Positions 17,364 to 27,037 of a DNA stretch of 34,763 nucleotides are shown here, in pieces. The notes beneath the pieces are model-generated. The model did no database searches, was not told the origin of the DNA, and was given only the letters and a program-made list of their open reading frames with translations. The DNA lies in contig JBGOWL010000002.1 in NCBI GenBank assembly GCA_041478585.1, forward strand, positions 1 to 34,763. Reading direction: 5' to 3'. Source of the stretch: Dehalococcoidia bacterium. Lineage in GTDB: Bacteria; Chloroflexota; Dehalococcoidia; UBA2247; RBG-13-53-26. The translations under genes and the position numbers were made by a program. Within the stretch, counting starts at the first letter, position 1. The number at the start of each line of letters is the position of its first letter.

Positions 17364-18413
17364 CTAGTACCAACCGAGAGCCTTCTCCATCTTACCAAGC
17401 TCGGGAGGCAGCTCCAAGAATGGCGGAGTTCCTCTCATAGCAGTATCCGGGTCTTTGAGGCCACTACCAGTCACTATGCAGACCACCTTCTTGTCCGACA
17501 AATCGAGGTGACGTGACCACTTGATCAGTCCGGCTAAAGAAGCTGCTGAGGCTGGCTCACCAAAGATGCCTTCTTTTGTGGCCATGACGTGGTAGGCTGA
17601 CCGAATCTCATCATCACTAACGCAGTCAATGGCGCCTCCGGACTCATCGCGGGCACCCACTGCACCCTGCCAGCTGGCTGGATTGCCAATGCGTATCGCT
17701 GTAGCCATTGTCTCAGGGTTAGCAACCCGCTCACCCCTAACAATGGGTGCTGCCCCCTCTGCTTCAAATCCCATCATCTTTGGAAGCCGTCCAGCCTTAC
17801 CCGCCCGGTGGTACTCCACAAATCCCTTCCAGTAAGCAGTGATATTGCCCGCATTGCCTACAGGAATGAACAGATAGTCGGGAGCCTCACCCAGGACATC
17901 CACAATTTCAAAGGCGGCTGTCTTCTGCCCCTCAATACGATAGGGGTTGACCGAATTGACTAAGGTTACAGGACGTTTTTCCACCAACTTGCGCACCATC
18001 TCCAGTGCCTGATCAAAGTTACCATTTATAGCAACTATCTTCGCACCATACACTATCGCCTGGGCCAGCTTGCCCAAGGCGATATTCCCCTTAGGAACTA
18101 CGATAATGGTGTCGAGCCCACATCGCGCCCCGTAGGCTGCTGCCGAGGCACTGGTGTTTCCTGTAGAGGCACAGATGATAGCAGGGCTTTTCGCCTCCAG
18201 AGCCTTGGCCACTGCCACCACCATGCCCCGATCCTTAAACGATCCGGTGGGGTTACATCCTTCCAGTTTGAAATATAGCTCCCGGCACCCTATCTCCCTC
18301 TCCAAATTCTGCGACCTGACCAAGGGAGTATCCCCTTCGCCTAGAGTGACCTGAGGAGTAGAAGGTGTGACAGGAAGGAACTCACTGTACTTGATCAATA
18401 CACCAATGCCCAT
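17364..18413 (-). CDS. thrC: Threonine synthase
   Basis: 349 aa with the PLP-lysine motif [10 protein letters not shown] and the short-form ThrC pattern throughout. Confidence 0.92.
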   Translation of the reverse strand: MGIGVLIKYSEFLPVTPSTPQVTLGEGDTPLVRSQNLEREIGCRELYFKLEGCNPTGSFKDRGMVVAVAKALEAKSPAIICASTGNTSASAAAYGARCGLDTIIVVPKGNIALGKLAQAIVYGAKIVAINGNFDQALEMVRKLVEKRPVTLVNSVNPYRIEGQKTAAFEIVDVLGEAPDYLFIPVGNAGNITAYWKGFVEYHRAGKAGRLPKMMGFEAEGAAPIVRGERVANPETMATAIRIGNPASWQGAVGARDESGGAIDCVSDDEIRSAYHVMATKEGIFGEPASAASLAGLIKWSRHLDLSDKKVVCIVTGSGLKDPDTAMRGTPPFLELPPELGKMEKALGWY

Positions 18414-18436
18414 CGCCGTGCCAACATCCTACGATT

Positions 18437-18643
18437 TCAAAGAAAGGTCTCCACCTCGCGTCCCTTTTCGTCCCTCCTCTTCTTCAGATAGCCCTTTGCG
18501 CGGGAGCATTTCTCACAAAGGCGCAAGCGCGGTTTGTCGTCTTCAGTAACATGGGCATATCTCTCAGGATGTCTCATGACTCTGCCACATCCATTGCACT
18601 CTATTTCGCCACTGACAATGAGGCCAGCAACCCATGATGTCAT
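18437..18643 (-). CDS. Hypothetical 68-aa Cys4 zinc-ribbon protein with a basic C-terminus
   Basis: CNGCG...CEKC gives two CxxC pairs. A GGTGGTGA SD lies 5 nt before the ATG. The gene fits exactly between the hom stop (15 nt upstream) and the thrC start (23 nt downstream). Confidence 0.55.
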   Translation of the reverse strand: MTSWVAGLIVSGEIECNGCGRVMRHPERYAHVTEDDKPRLRLCEKCSRAKGYLKKRRDEKGREVETFL

Positions 18644-18658
18644 TTGATCACCACCTAT

Positions 18659-19957
18659 CTATTCTTCAACTCTGATAAGATTGCATATTTCCTTAACCAC
18701 AGAGAGCCCCTCCATTTCGCTCACGGACTGCTGCATGAATTGCTCCCGAGCCGGATGGGTCATAATGACTATCTCTGCGGTTTGAGTCACTTCATCAGCC
18801 TCTTTCTGGATGACAGAGGCAATGCTAATCGAATGATCACCCAGGACCCTGGCTATCTGGGCAAGAACGCCAGGACGATCAGCAATACCCATCCTAAGAT
18901 AGTAACGCGTTTCCAGGTCCGAAATGGGCTTTATCGGCATTCGCTGGAGCGGTCTCGGCCGCACACTACCCTTCCCCTCAGAACATATGACCCGTCCTGT
19001 GGCAATAACATCTGCAATAATTGCACTGGCCGTGGGTTGGGCACCGGCCCCCCTCCCATAGAAAATCAACGTACCGACCAAGTCACCATCTATCTGGACA
19101 GCATTGTAAACACCGTCTACCTTGGCCAACAGGAATTCCGCAGGAATGAATGCAGGATGCACCCGCACCTCAACAGACCCGTCTCCCTGCTTGGCGATGG
19201 CCAGAAGCTTTATCTCGTAACCCAGCTCCTTGGCATAGCGGAAGTCCTGTTTGCACAAGCGAGAAATGCCCTGGCAGTAGATATCTTCAGGCCGAACAAC
19301 AGTATGAAAGGCAACAGTAGCCAGGATAGCTAGTTTGTAGGCAGCGTCCTTCCCCTCGATATCGTTGGCAGCATCCGGCTCGGCATATCCCAACTCCTGA
19401 GCCTTCTTCAGAGCAACGTCGAAGCTCACTCCCTCGTTGGACATCCTGGTAAGAATATAGTTGGTTGTCCCGTTAATGATGGCATACATGGTGGTTATCT
19501 CATTGGCCAGCAAACCGTGATGGAGAGGGAGTAGCAACGGGATACCTCCACCCACACTGGCCTCATAGAGTATGGACACACCCCTCTCTTGAGCCATCTT
19601 CAAAAGCTCTGCTCCGTGCTTGGCTATTACCTCCTTGTTAGCAGTAACCACGTGCTTACCCCTTAGAAGAGCCTCTTTTGTGTACTCCAGAGCCGGGTGC
19701 TCACCACCGATGACCTCGATAACAATATCGATCTCCGAGTCAGCCAAGACCTCCTGAGGATCAAGGCTAAGAAGATGAGAATCCACCGACACTGGACGCG
19801 GCTTTCCACGATCGCGCACCAAAACCTTCTTCAGTACCAGGGGGCAGCCTATCTCCTCAGCCAGCGTTCTATTCTTCTCCAAAACAGCCCTGGCTACCCC
19901 ACCACCCACTACTCCTAAGCCCATTAGTCCGATGCCTATGTTCCTCTTCGCCCCCAT
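18659..19957 (-). CDS. hom: Homoserine dehydrogenase (with C-terminal ACT domain)
   Basis: 432 aa with an N-terminal GLMGLGVVGGGV Rossmann motif, a catalytic domain (ASVGGGIP, NGT.NYIL) and a C-terminal ACT-like region. Confidence 0.92.
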   Translation of the reverse strand: MGAKRNIGIGLMGLGVVGGGVARAVLEKNRTLAEEIGCPLVLKKVLVRDRGKPRPVSVDSHLLSLDPQEVLADSEIDIVIEVIGGEHPALEYTKEALLRGKHVVTANKEVIAKHGAELLKMAQERGVSILYEASVGGGIPLLLPLHHGLLANEITTMYAIINGTTNYILTRMSNEGVSFDVALKKAQELGYAEPDAANDIEGKDAAYKLAILATVAFHTVVRPEDIYCQGISRLCKQDFRYAKELGYEIKLLAIAKQGDGSVEVRVHPAFIPAEFLLAKVDGVYNAVQIDGDLVGTLIFYGRGAGAQPTASAIIADVIATGRVICSEGKGSVRPRPLQRMPIKPISDLETRYYLRMGIADRPGVLAQIARVLGDHSISIASVIQKEADEVTQTAEIVIMTHPAREQFMQQSVSEMEGLSVVKEICNLIRVEE

Positions 19958-19974
19958 CTTAGTCCCTGCTCGAT

Positions 19975-21006
19975 TCAGACATTCTCCAGAGCCCAGGATA
20001 TCTTTCCATACCCAGCCTCGCTCTCAAGGTAGTTTATGACCTCATTGACTTCGGGCTTCTTCTCATTATCAAGCCATTCGTTGAACGCCTTCCCAATCAA
20101 CACATCCCTGTGATCGTCACTCAGAGGCCTGCCCTCTTTCCCCAGCACCTGTATTACCCAAAAGCTGCCCGACTGCTCGCTGTCCTCGATTGGATCACTG
20201 ATCCGGCCCAGGTTTTCTTCCTTAGACCCCTCGCCAAAAACATAGTCATCCAACGCGGAACTTTCAAGGCCCATTGACACCCACTCAACATTGTCCGTGG
20301 TTGGATAGTAGCTCGAAGCAGAGAAGGCCTCAGCCAATTGCTCAATACCTTCACTCCATCTCTCCCTTACCGCCGTGGCATTGTCTGACCCCACCACAAG
20401 TATGGCCTGGATGTGCACATGCGGGAATACCTCATCCACAGGATACTTCGCCTCTCCAAAACGATTCAGTAGCTCCGTACGTATTACCTCTGATTCCACA
20501 TACTTCCGCTTGAAGTCTCCTTCGGACAGCCCACTCTCAGCAAGGCTCGCAATTACTTCCTTGTACTTCTGCTCAAACTCTTCGTCGGTCATTTCTGAGC
20601 CGAAAATCTCCCGTATTTTCCCGTTCACAGCCTCCTCGCTGACAACGATACCAAACTGTTCCTCGGCACCCCGCCTCATCAACTCATTGCTTATCATCGT
20701 CACAGCAATCGATTGAGCCGATTCCACATCTGAATAGGGATCCTGCCCCACCCCCCACAGACGAAGCATCTTCACGAAATAGTCCATATCAAGCACTGTA
20801 TCATTTACTCTGACAATAGGCTGATGCCAAGGCTTGATGCGGGTTGCGTAGTAGCCATAGCCAATTATAGCCAGGGCAGAAACAATAGTTAATGAGATGA
20901 TTACTAGGACAATGTGTCGCCGCCGCCTCTCCACATCCCACTTGGAACGCCCGCGCTTAGACTCTGTCTTCCGAGCCAACCCACCAACCCCTACCTTCTT
21001 GTCCAA
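19975..21006 (-). CDS. Membrane-anchored SurA-N/PpiC-like chaperone-type protein (function uncertain)
   Basis: It has a basic N-terminus and one TM helix (IVLVIISLTIVSALAIIGYGYY). The following helical region resembles SurA N-terminal-type domains. I saw no clear parvulin motif. The start is TTG at 21006 and is uncertain. Confidence 0.5.
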   Translation of the reverse strand: MDKKVGVGGLARKTESKRGRSKWDVERRRRHIVLVIISLTIVSALAIIGYGYYATRIKPWHQPIVRVNDTVLDMDYFVKMLRLWGVGQDPYSDVESAQSIAVTMISNELMRRGAEEQFGIVVSEEAVNGKIREIFGSEMTDEEFEQKYKEVIASLAESGLSEGDFKRKYVESEVIRTELLNRFGEAKYPVDEVFPHVHIQAILVVGSDNATAVRERWSEGIEQLAEAFSASSYYPTTDNVEWVSMGLESSALDDYVFGEGSKEENLGRISDPIEDSEQSGSFWVIQVLGKEGRPLSDDHRDVLIGKAFNEWLDNEKKPEVNEVINYLESEAGYGKISWALENV

Positions 21007-21073
21007 GTCCCACTCTCACAGAAAGACAAGAACTCCGCTTCACACATGGCATGGAGTAGCAAGATACGCACAA

Positions 21074-21391
21074 CTAAAGAGGATGCAACTCTCGCAGAGT
21101 AGCAGTTCCTATTCTGCGCATGTGAGTCGGTACAAATGGCAGCAAAGCCAAGTGACGAGCCCTCTTGATCGCCAAGGCCATAGCCCGCTGATGCTTAGCA
21201 CAATTGCCACTTCTTCGTCGCGGTTCTATCTTACATCGGTCTGAGATGTAGCGCCTCAACGAAGCTGGCTCTTTGTAGGTGATATCCTTTCCCTTGTCGG
21301 CACAGAAAACGCACGTCCTTCGCCTAGGAACATACTTGGGCTTGCCTGTCCTCCTTGTTGTCTTTGGTGGTGCTCGCTTTGTATATGCCAT
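21074..21391 (-). CDS. rpsR: 30S ribosomal protein S18
   Basis: CVFC....I.YK....LRRYIS.R.KI..RR.SG.CAKHQR....AIKRAR.LALLPF. I moved the start to ATG 21391, behind a GAGAGGGAAG SD. Confidence 0.9.
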   Translation of the reverse strand: MAYTKRAPPKTTRRTGKPKYVPRRRTCVFCADKGKDITYKEPASLRRYISDRCKIEPRRRSGNCAKHQRAMALAIKRARHLALLPFVPTHMRRIGTATLRELHPL

Positions 21392-21406
21392 CTTCCCTCT
21401 CAACCT

Positions 21407-21814
21407 CTAGAACGGTAGGTCGTCCTCCGTTGTCACATCTTCGAGTTTCTCGGGCTTCGATTCCTCTGGGAGCGGCGCAGTGGCCTGTCTATCAAGAAAG
21501 AGGACTCGATCTGCCACTATCTCTACACGGCTTCGCTTCTGACCATCCTGGCCTTCCCAGGCACGCGTTCTCAGCCTACCTTCCACATAGACCCGCTTCC
21601 CTTTGGTCAAGTACTGATTACAGCTCTCCGCCAACTTGTTCCATGTAATCACGGTAAACCACTCCGTCTCCTGCTTGCGCTCATTTTCGGGAGTGGTGAA
21701 AACTCTGCTGGTAGCAATACGAAAACTGGTCACCGGGTTTCCATTGGGAGTATAGCGCATCTCTGGATCAGTCCCCACGTTGCCAATGATCATCACCTTA
21801 TTCAGATTAGCCAT
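21407..21814 (-). CDS. ssb: Single-stranded DNA-binding protein
   Basis: 135 aa with the OB-fold start MANLNKVMIIGNVG.DPE.RYT and the acidic C-terminal tip DDLPF. Confidence 0.93.
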   Translation of the reverse strand: MANLNKVMIIGNVGTDPEMRYTPNGNPVTSFRIATSRVFTTPENERKQETEWFTVITWNKLAESCNQYLTKGKRVYVEGRLRTRAWEGQDGQKRSRVEIVADRVLFLDRQATAPLPEESKPEKLEDVTTEDDLPF

Positions 21815-21840
21815 TTCTCCCCTTACCTCTCACAGAGATC

Positions 21841-22125
21841 CTATCCTACTCTCACCAGCAAGTATCGAAGTATCTGCTCTAAGCCCTGCAAGTTCTTCTC
21901 TAGCTCTGGTGCCACATCAGGCTGGAGCTTAAGTGGAGTCAGTACGTAGTTCCCCTCCCGATGCTTCTTTATCGGATATGCCAGCCTTTTCCTGCCCCAT
22001 CTATTCACCTCACCAACAACACCGCCCTTTTGGGCAATCAAATCGTTCACCCTCTCGATTTCAGCAGGCAGATCTTCCTCAGCAATCTCCGGACTGAAAA
22101 CCACCGTCAATTCGTAGTCGCCCAA
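21841..22125 (-). CDS. rpsF: 30S ribosomal protein S6
   Basis: 94 aa with YELTVVF.PE...E, WG.RKLAYPI.K and G.Y. A TTG start follows a GGAGGGAG SD. The order is the classical rpsF-ssb-rpsR arrangement. Confidence 0.9.
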   Translation of the reverse strand: MGDYELTVVFSPEIAEEDLPAEIERVNDLIAQKGGVVGEVNRWGRKRLAYPIKKHREGNYVLTPLKLQPDVAPELEKNLQGLEQILRYLLVRVG

Positions 22126-22173
22126 CTTCTTGCTCCCTCCGATACCAGTAGGAACTCCTTTTTATCGAACCAA

Positions 22174-22202
22174 ACTATAGCATACAAATGGCTAGCCCAC
22201 AA
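22174..22202 (-). promoter_or_regulatory. Promoter candidate for rpsF-ssb-rpsR (TTGTGG-17 nt-TGcTATAGT)
   Basis: The minus strand reads TTGTGG (22202-22197), a 17-nt spacer whose last bases give a TGn extended -10, then TATAGT (22179-22174). Confidence 0.45.
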
Positions 22203-22204
22203 GC

Positions 22205-23437
22205 CTAAGGTGGGGGAAAGCGACGGGAGATTTCCGCAACCTCTCGAGAGACCTCCGATTTCGCCTTTTCGTTACCAAGATCCGTCAACACCTTGCGAAT
22301 CAGTACGGCAATCTGCTTCATTTCCTGCGGACCGAGTCCCCTCGTAGTGGCAGCCGGTGTACCAAGCCTCAGCCCGCTGGTAGTCTGTGCCGGAAGAGGA
22401 TCGAAGGGGATACCGTTTCGGTTGGCGCATATGCCTACACTGTCTAGAGTTTCCTCTGCCAATCTCCCTGTTATCCCCATTTCACGCAGGTCGATCAGTA
22501 CAAGATGACTGTCTGTACCCCCGGTAACAAGGCGAAAACCTAGCCTCTCCAGCTCAGAGGCTAGAACCTTGGCATTTTCCACTAATCTCCGCTGATAACT
22601 GACAAAGTCGGGCTGCATCGCTTCATGGAAACAAACTGCCTTTGCAGCGATAACGTGCATTAGAGGGCCCCCCTGCACCCCCGGGAAGACAGCAGCATCC
22701 AACGCCCTGGCAAATTCCTGCTTCGCCAGAACAAAACCGCCCCGAGGTCCTCGCAGAGTCTTGTGTGTAGTAGCAGTAACCACCTGTGCCCAAGGCAGCG
22801 GCGAAGGGTGCACCCCACCAGCCACCATGCCGGCTATATGCGCAATATCCACCATGAGTTGCGCACCCACACCTTCAGCAATATGATGAAACTTTTCAAA
22901 ATCGATGATTCTGGGATAGGAACTGGCACCAGCCACTATCACCTTCGGTTTATGCTCTTTGGCCAGCCGTTCTACCTCATCGTAGTCAATCCTCTCCGTT
23001 TCCCTATTCACCCCATAATGGACAAACTCATAACATTTACCAGAGAAGCTTACTGGGCTCCCATGGCTGAGATGTCCCCCGTGAGCCAGACTCATACTCA
23101 TCACCTTGTCCCCATGATTCAGCAGGGCAAGATAGACGGCCGCGTTAGCCTGGGTCCCACTATGCGGCTGGACATTAGCATACTCAGCCTGATAGAGCTG
23201 CTTTGCCCTAAGGATGGCTATCTTCTCTACTTCGTCAATTTCCTGACAACCACCATAATAGCGGTGCCCTGGATAACCCTCAGCGTATTTGTTAGTTAGG
23301 ACAGAGCCTTGTGCCTCTAGCACCGCACGGCTGGTGTAGTTCTCGGCAGCAATGAACACCAATTTGCGTCGCTGTCGTTCCTCTTCCTTTCCAATTGTCG
23401 ATGCAATTTCTGGATCTTTTTTCAATAGCTCTTTCAT
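22205..23437 (-). CDS. glyA: Serine hydroxymethyltransferase
   Basis: SHMT is recognisable throughout ([29 protein letters not shown], the PLP site [13 protein letters not shown]). I moved the start to ATG 23437, which overlaps the comF stop as ATGA. Confidence 0.94.
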   Translation of the reverse strand: MKELLKKDPEIASTIGKEEERQRRKLVFIAAENYTSRAVLEAQGSVLTNKYAEGYPGHRYYGGCQEIDEVEKIAILRAKQLYQAEYANVQPHSGTQANAAVYLALLNHGDKVMSMSLAHGGHLSHGSPVSFSGKCYEFVHYGVNRETERIDYDEVERLAKEHKPKVIVAGASSYPRIIDFEKFHHIAEGVGAQLMVDIAHIAGMVAGGVHPSPLPWAQVVTATTHKTLRGPRGGFVLAKQEFARALDAAVFPGVQGGPLMHVIAAKAVCFHEAMQPDFVSYQRRLVENAKVLASELERLGFRLVTGGTDSHLVLIDLREMGITGRLAEETLDSVGICANRNGIPFDPLPAQTTSGLRLGTPAATTRGLGPQEMKQIAVLIRKVLTDLGNEKAKSEVSREVAEISRRFPPP

Positions 23438-24195
23438 ACTTCCCTTGCCAAGGCCAAGCCCCAAACCGAACTGGCGCCAGCTTTCTTCAGGGCTATGGCA
23501 CAAGAATTCAAAGTAGCCCCTGTAGTGCAAACGTCGTCAATGAGGAGGATTCGCCCTCCTTTCAACTTCTCATCTCGGCAATCGAAGGCACCTAGTACAT
23601 TGCTCTGGCGCTCCTCTGAATCAAAGGTCTTGACCTGAGCACGGCTATTCCGGTGTCTGAACAGCGTGTCTTCCACCACTGGAATCGCGGTAAGCCGGCA
23701 AAGCTCCTGAGCCAAGAGTCCAGACTGATTGTAGCCCCGTTCCCGCAACCTACGGGGATGAAGAGGAACAGGAACCAGAACCTCCGCAGGCAGGGGCTTG
23801 TTCTCCAGTTGCTGAGTCAGCAACTGAGCCAGAGGAAGAGCCAACGCCTTGAATCCCCCGTACTTGAACCGATGAATAGCCTGACGCAATACTCCCTGAA
23901 AAGCAAAGGGCGTACAGATGGCATCGATGTCCAGTTTCAATCTCCGACAGGAAGAACACCATTCCTCCTGGACCAGTGGCCTACCGCAGGTGGGGCAGAG
24001 CGGCGGTAAGAGGCGCGGCAAACTCCCACGGCACGGCGCACAAATATAGTTCCCCTCTTTCCCACAACCAACACAGCGCGGTGGAAAAAGAAGATCAAGC
24101 AACTTACCCTTGACTTCGTCCAGACGAGCTTGCAGAACTACACTCTGCGTCAACCAAGAGACTTTAACGCACTCGCGAATTGTGCATTGATCCAC
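23434..24195 (-). CDS. comF: ComF-family protein (phosphoribosyltransferase-like with N-terminal Cys4 zinc finger)
   Basis: It has an N-terminal CVGCG...CAPC / CPTCG...CSSC region and the C-terminal PRTase motif [14 protein letters not shown]. The exact start (GTG 24195) is uncertain. Confidence 0.8.
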   Translation of the reverse strand: MDQCTIRECVKVSWLTQSVVLQARLDEVKGKLLDLLFPPRCVGCGKEGNYICAPCRGSLPRLLPPLCPTCGRPLVQEEWCSSCRRLKLDIDAICTPFAFQGVLRQAIHRFKYGGFKALALPLAQLLTQQLENKPLPAEVLVPVPLHPRRLRERGYNQSGLLAQELCRLTAIPVVEDTLFRHRNSRAQVKTFDSEERQSNVLGAFDCRDEKLKGGRILLIDDVCTTGATLNSCAIALKKAGASSVWGLALAREV

Positions 24196-24376
24196 TAATG
24201 ACCGGCTCGTTTATGTAAACGTCACCATTCCTTATCTTTAAGTTAAACCCGCAATTGGGGTTGGTGCACACCCATGCCTTATAGTGTATAGGTGCTCCTT
24301 GGCTACCGAAATCGGACAGAGGCACCAGATCACCGCTACCGCACTTCTGACATTTGGGCAACATAGTAGACTCCAC
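24164..24376 (-). CDS. Hypothetical 70-aa zinc-ribbon protein
   Basis: It has CQKCG...CTNPNCG. A GTG start lies 5 nt behind a strong GGGAGGTGG SD. The 3' end overlaps the annotated comF start by 32 nt. Confidence 0.5.
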   Translation of the reverse strand: MESTMLPKCQKCGSGDLVPLSDFGSQGAPIHYKAWVCTNPNCGFNLKIRNGDVYINEPVISGSMHNSRVR

Positions 24377-24518
24377 AGAACCACCTCCCAGTAGAAATCA
24401 AGCATAGTATATACCGACTAAGTATGAGTTGCCAATTTTGCAGTTCGTCTGCAATTCGTTTGACACGCAGAAGATTGCCTCGGGCGCTCTAACCAGACAC
24501 CAAGCGATGGGAGAAGTC

Positions 24519-25184
24519 CTACTGACCCATATGCGCCGCTACTTTCGCCAATTCCCAAGCGTGCTCATACAGATGTAGCCCACTACTGAGGCAAATCATC
24601 TCGCCGTCAGGAACTCCGATCTCAGCCGCCATGTATTCTTTCATGAGCTGTAATGCTGCAAGATTGGATGGAAAACCTCCCCACAGATCCCAGGATCTGA
24701 AGTAGACCACAAAGTGGAAACGACCATATCTGATCCTGGTATGTATACCTCTCAGGCATTGAGGATCTCCAAGATAAATGGATTCTCGACTGCCAACTGC
24801 CATGTATGCCTGATTAGTGTTGTATCCCCCCGTCTTATACATTTGGATGATTTCGGGAATCTGTGGTTCAAGGTCTTCTCCATAGGTATACTGTTCCCCT
24901 TCGGCTTTGCAGGACGTCATAAGGTAGGGTAGATAGGACTCCACGTACTCCATAGTCGTCGGAGGTGGAACATTCGGAGGTACATCTGGCACCAAGGGCC
25001 TTATACCTGGCTGTCGGATCTGAATTACAGCAAGGTCAAGTTCCTTTCTGCGCTGCCCTTCGAAACTACCCTGATCTATACGGTATTCGTAGCCTTCTGT
25101 AAGGGCGTTGCGCAAACACAGAAACCACGCTTCTGACAAATCCCTAGCTTCAATCAGCGTTATATGCATGGATCTCTCATTCAT
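24519..25184 (-). CDS. Short (221 aa) ThyA-fold enzyme, most likely thymidylate synthase of the compact archaeal-like type
   Basis: ThyA core residues are alignable by eye. There is a candidate nucleophile Cys in DPQCL. The block YFRSWDLWGGFPSNLAALQLM compares with E. coli [21 protein letters not shown] (RS.D....G.P.N.A). GLHLYEH compares with THLYSNH. The gene lies next to dut. Confidence 0.65.
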   Translation of the reverse strand: MNERSMHITLIEARDLSEAWFLCLRNALTEGYEYRIDQGSFEGQRRKELDLAVIQIRQPGIRPLVPDVPPNVPPPTTMEYVESYLPYLMTSCKAEGEQYTYGEDLEPQIPEIIQMYKTGGYNTNQAYMAVGSRESIYLGDPQCLRGIHTRIRYGRFHFVVYFRSWDLWGGFPSNLAALQLMKEYMAAEIGVPDGEMICLSSGLHLYEHAWELAKVAAHMGQ

Positions 25185-25268
25185 AACAAACAGCTTACCT
25201 CGATTCTTGAGATTTCCAACTACAAAGCAGTATTGTCAGTCTCTTCAGCTCAGAGAGTGCATTTAAAT

Positions 25269-25730
25269 TCAGGCGCCGGTCGATCCGAATCCTGATGGGC
25301 CTCTTGCCGTTTGTCCGATGTCAGCCACAATACTGATCTCAGCATCCACAACCGGCAATATCACCAGTTGTGCAATGCGGTCTCCCTCATTCACCTGGTA
25401 GGGCTTTGAGCTGAAGTTCTTCAATTCAACCATAACTGTACCACGGTAGTCACAGTCAATCCACCCGGCTCCTGCCTCTATGTTTGCCTTGACTGAAAGC
25501 CCAGAACGTGATGCTATCCTGCCAACCGTGCCCTGGGGTAGTTCTATCACGATACCGGTGGATACCAGAGCTCTGCCAATTTCGGCAGAACCTTGAGGCT
25601 CGCACTGCGTAGGCGGTATCTCTACACTTTCCGCTGCGTGGAGATCAAAGCCAGCACTACCAGCGGTCATTTTTTGGGGCAGTATAGCAGCAGGATGGAC
25701 TAGTTTGACTCTAAGCTTGGGCATGGTCAT
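25269..25730 (-). CDS. dut: dUTP diphosphatase
   Basis: Trimeric dUTPase motifs are present (AGFDL, RSGL, GVID.DYRG-like IDCDYRG, R.GGFGSTG-like RGPSGFGSTG). I took ATG 25730 as the start. The ORF-track first codon at 25733 is TTG, which directly abuts the nadD stop. Confidence 0.88.
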   Translation of the reverse strand: MTMPKLRVKLVHPAAILPQKMTAGSAGFDLHAAESVEIPPTQCEPQGSAEIGRALVSTGIVIELPQGTVGRIASRSGLSVKANIEAGAGWIDCDYRGTVMVELKNFSSKPYQVNEGDRIAQLVILPVVDAEISIVADIGQTARGPSGFGSTGA

Positions 25731-25733
25731 CAA

Positions 25734-26336
25734 TCAGCTCCTATACAACCCATTCTTGATGATATACGTCTCCACGGATTGAGGCACCAGGTGGCTAATG
25801 GAAGCTCCCAGCACCACCAGATGGCGAATCTCAGTGGCACTGATATCTACCTGGGGTACTTCGACAAAGGTTACGTGTTTGGAAATCCCTGTAATGGCAG
25901 TTTCGAGACGACCCAACGAGGGTAAGGCAAAGCCAGGTCTGCTGAAAGCCACCAATTGGCAAATCTGCATCAGGCGGGAAGGCTCCTTCCACCGCGGCAA
26001 ATCTGAGAGCGCATCGCTGCCGAGAAGGAACGACAGCTTTGCTTCAGCCCCTAGCTCTCTCTGTAGTATATCAATGGTATCCACGGTGTAGGAAGGACCA
26101 GGTCTATCGACTTCTGCGGTCGAGATTTCAAAGTATCTTTCACTAGCCACGGCAAGCCGCACCATATTCAGTCGGTGCTGCGCTGCTGAAATTGGGAGAT
26201 CAGCCTTGAGCCACGGCTGTCCTGTGGGGACAAAAAAAATCTTGGCAAAACCGAGGGCAGATCTCATCGCCTCCGCTGCTGTAAGATGCCCAAAATGAAT
26301 GGGGTCGAAGGTTCCTCCAAACACACCTACGTCCAT
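25734..26336 (-). CDS. nadD: Nicotinate-nucleotide adenylyltransferase
   Basis: 200 aa with GGTFDPIHFGHL at the N-terminus and the SAT.IR-type motif (ISATEIR). Confidence 0.9.
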   Translation of the reverse strand: MDVGVFGGTFDPIHFGHLTAAEAMRSALGFAKIFFVPTGQPWLKADLPISAAQHRLNMVRLAVASERYFEISTAEVDRPGPSYTVDTIDILQRELGAEAKLSFLLGSDALSDLPRWKEPSRLMQICQLVAFSRPGFALPSLGRLETAITGISKHVTFVEVPQVDISATEIRHLVVLGASISHLVPQSVETYIIKNGLYRS

Positions 26337-26902
26337 GCCGGCCCTAACTCTGGACTGTAATATACATCGTCTGGATACAGGAACAGAGTATCGTTGCTAT
26401 CGAGATCAATCCCAGCTGCTTTATACGCCCTCCACACAACTTCTGCACAATGTTGGTTTTCCTCATTGATTTTCAGTGGTATTGTTGCTGTTGCAGTGAA
26501 GTCGAACTGCCTGCCGATCTGTGCCATAGCATACTCTATCGCTTTCTGGATAACCTCATTCCGACCAGGCACGTCGTTGAGCCTCCTCACAGATATCTTT
26601 GCAGGGAGATCACGAGCAAGGAATGAATGCAATGGAGTGTAGCAGATACCCTCATTGTACGTAGCTTCCACAACCCCCGCATAAGGTTGATTCCCCACAA
26701 AGAGGGCCATGTGGTCCCAGCGTCCAATGTGACACCAACCCTCATAGAGATCAACAAAGATGATATCACCCGGCTCAAGCAGTTCTTCTCGCACCAAAGA
26801 GTCAGCAGCGGAGGGCGAATAGCTCCTCACTACAACCATTGATACTAGTACCAGCAGAAGCACGCTAGCTATAATCACCCTGGCAACAGTCTGCCTTCTC
26901 AT
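26327..26902 (-). CDS. Secreted or membrane-anchored YiiX/permuted-papain (NlpC/P60-like) family cysteine hydrolase
   Basis: It has an N-terminal signal/anchor helix (VIIASVLLLVLVSMVVV), then GDIIFV...W.H.ALFVG and a later HCAEVVWRAY block. This matches the permuted His...Cys arrangement of the YiiX-type family as I recall it. Confidence 0.55.
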   Translation of the reverse strand: MRRQTVARVIIASVLLLVLVSMVVVRSYSPSAADSLVREELLEPGDIIFVDLYEGWCHIGRWDHMALFVGNQPYAGVVEATYNEGICYTPLHSFLARDLPAKISVRRLNDVPGRNEVIQKAIEYAMAQIGRQFDFTATATIPLKINEENQHCAEVVWRAYKAAGIDLDSNDTLFLYPDDVYYSPELGPAWT

Positions 26903-27037
26903 TAGTGGCTAATAGGGTATCCTACTGCATCTACGCAAATCGTACGGAATATGCACAATCCCCAATTATAAATCATTGAACCCAAGTATATCTAACAGGG
27001 GAGTTATAACTTAAATACTAATGGATAGTAATAAGGC

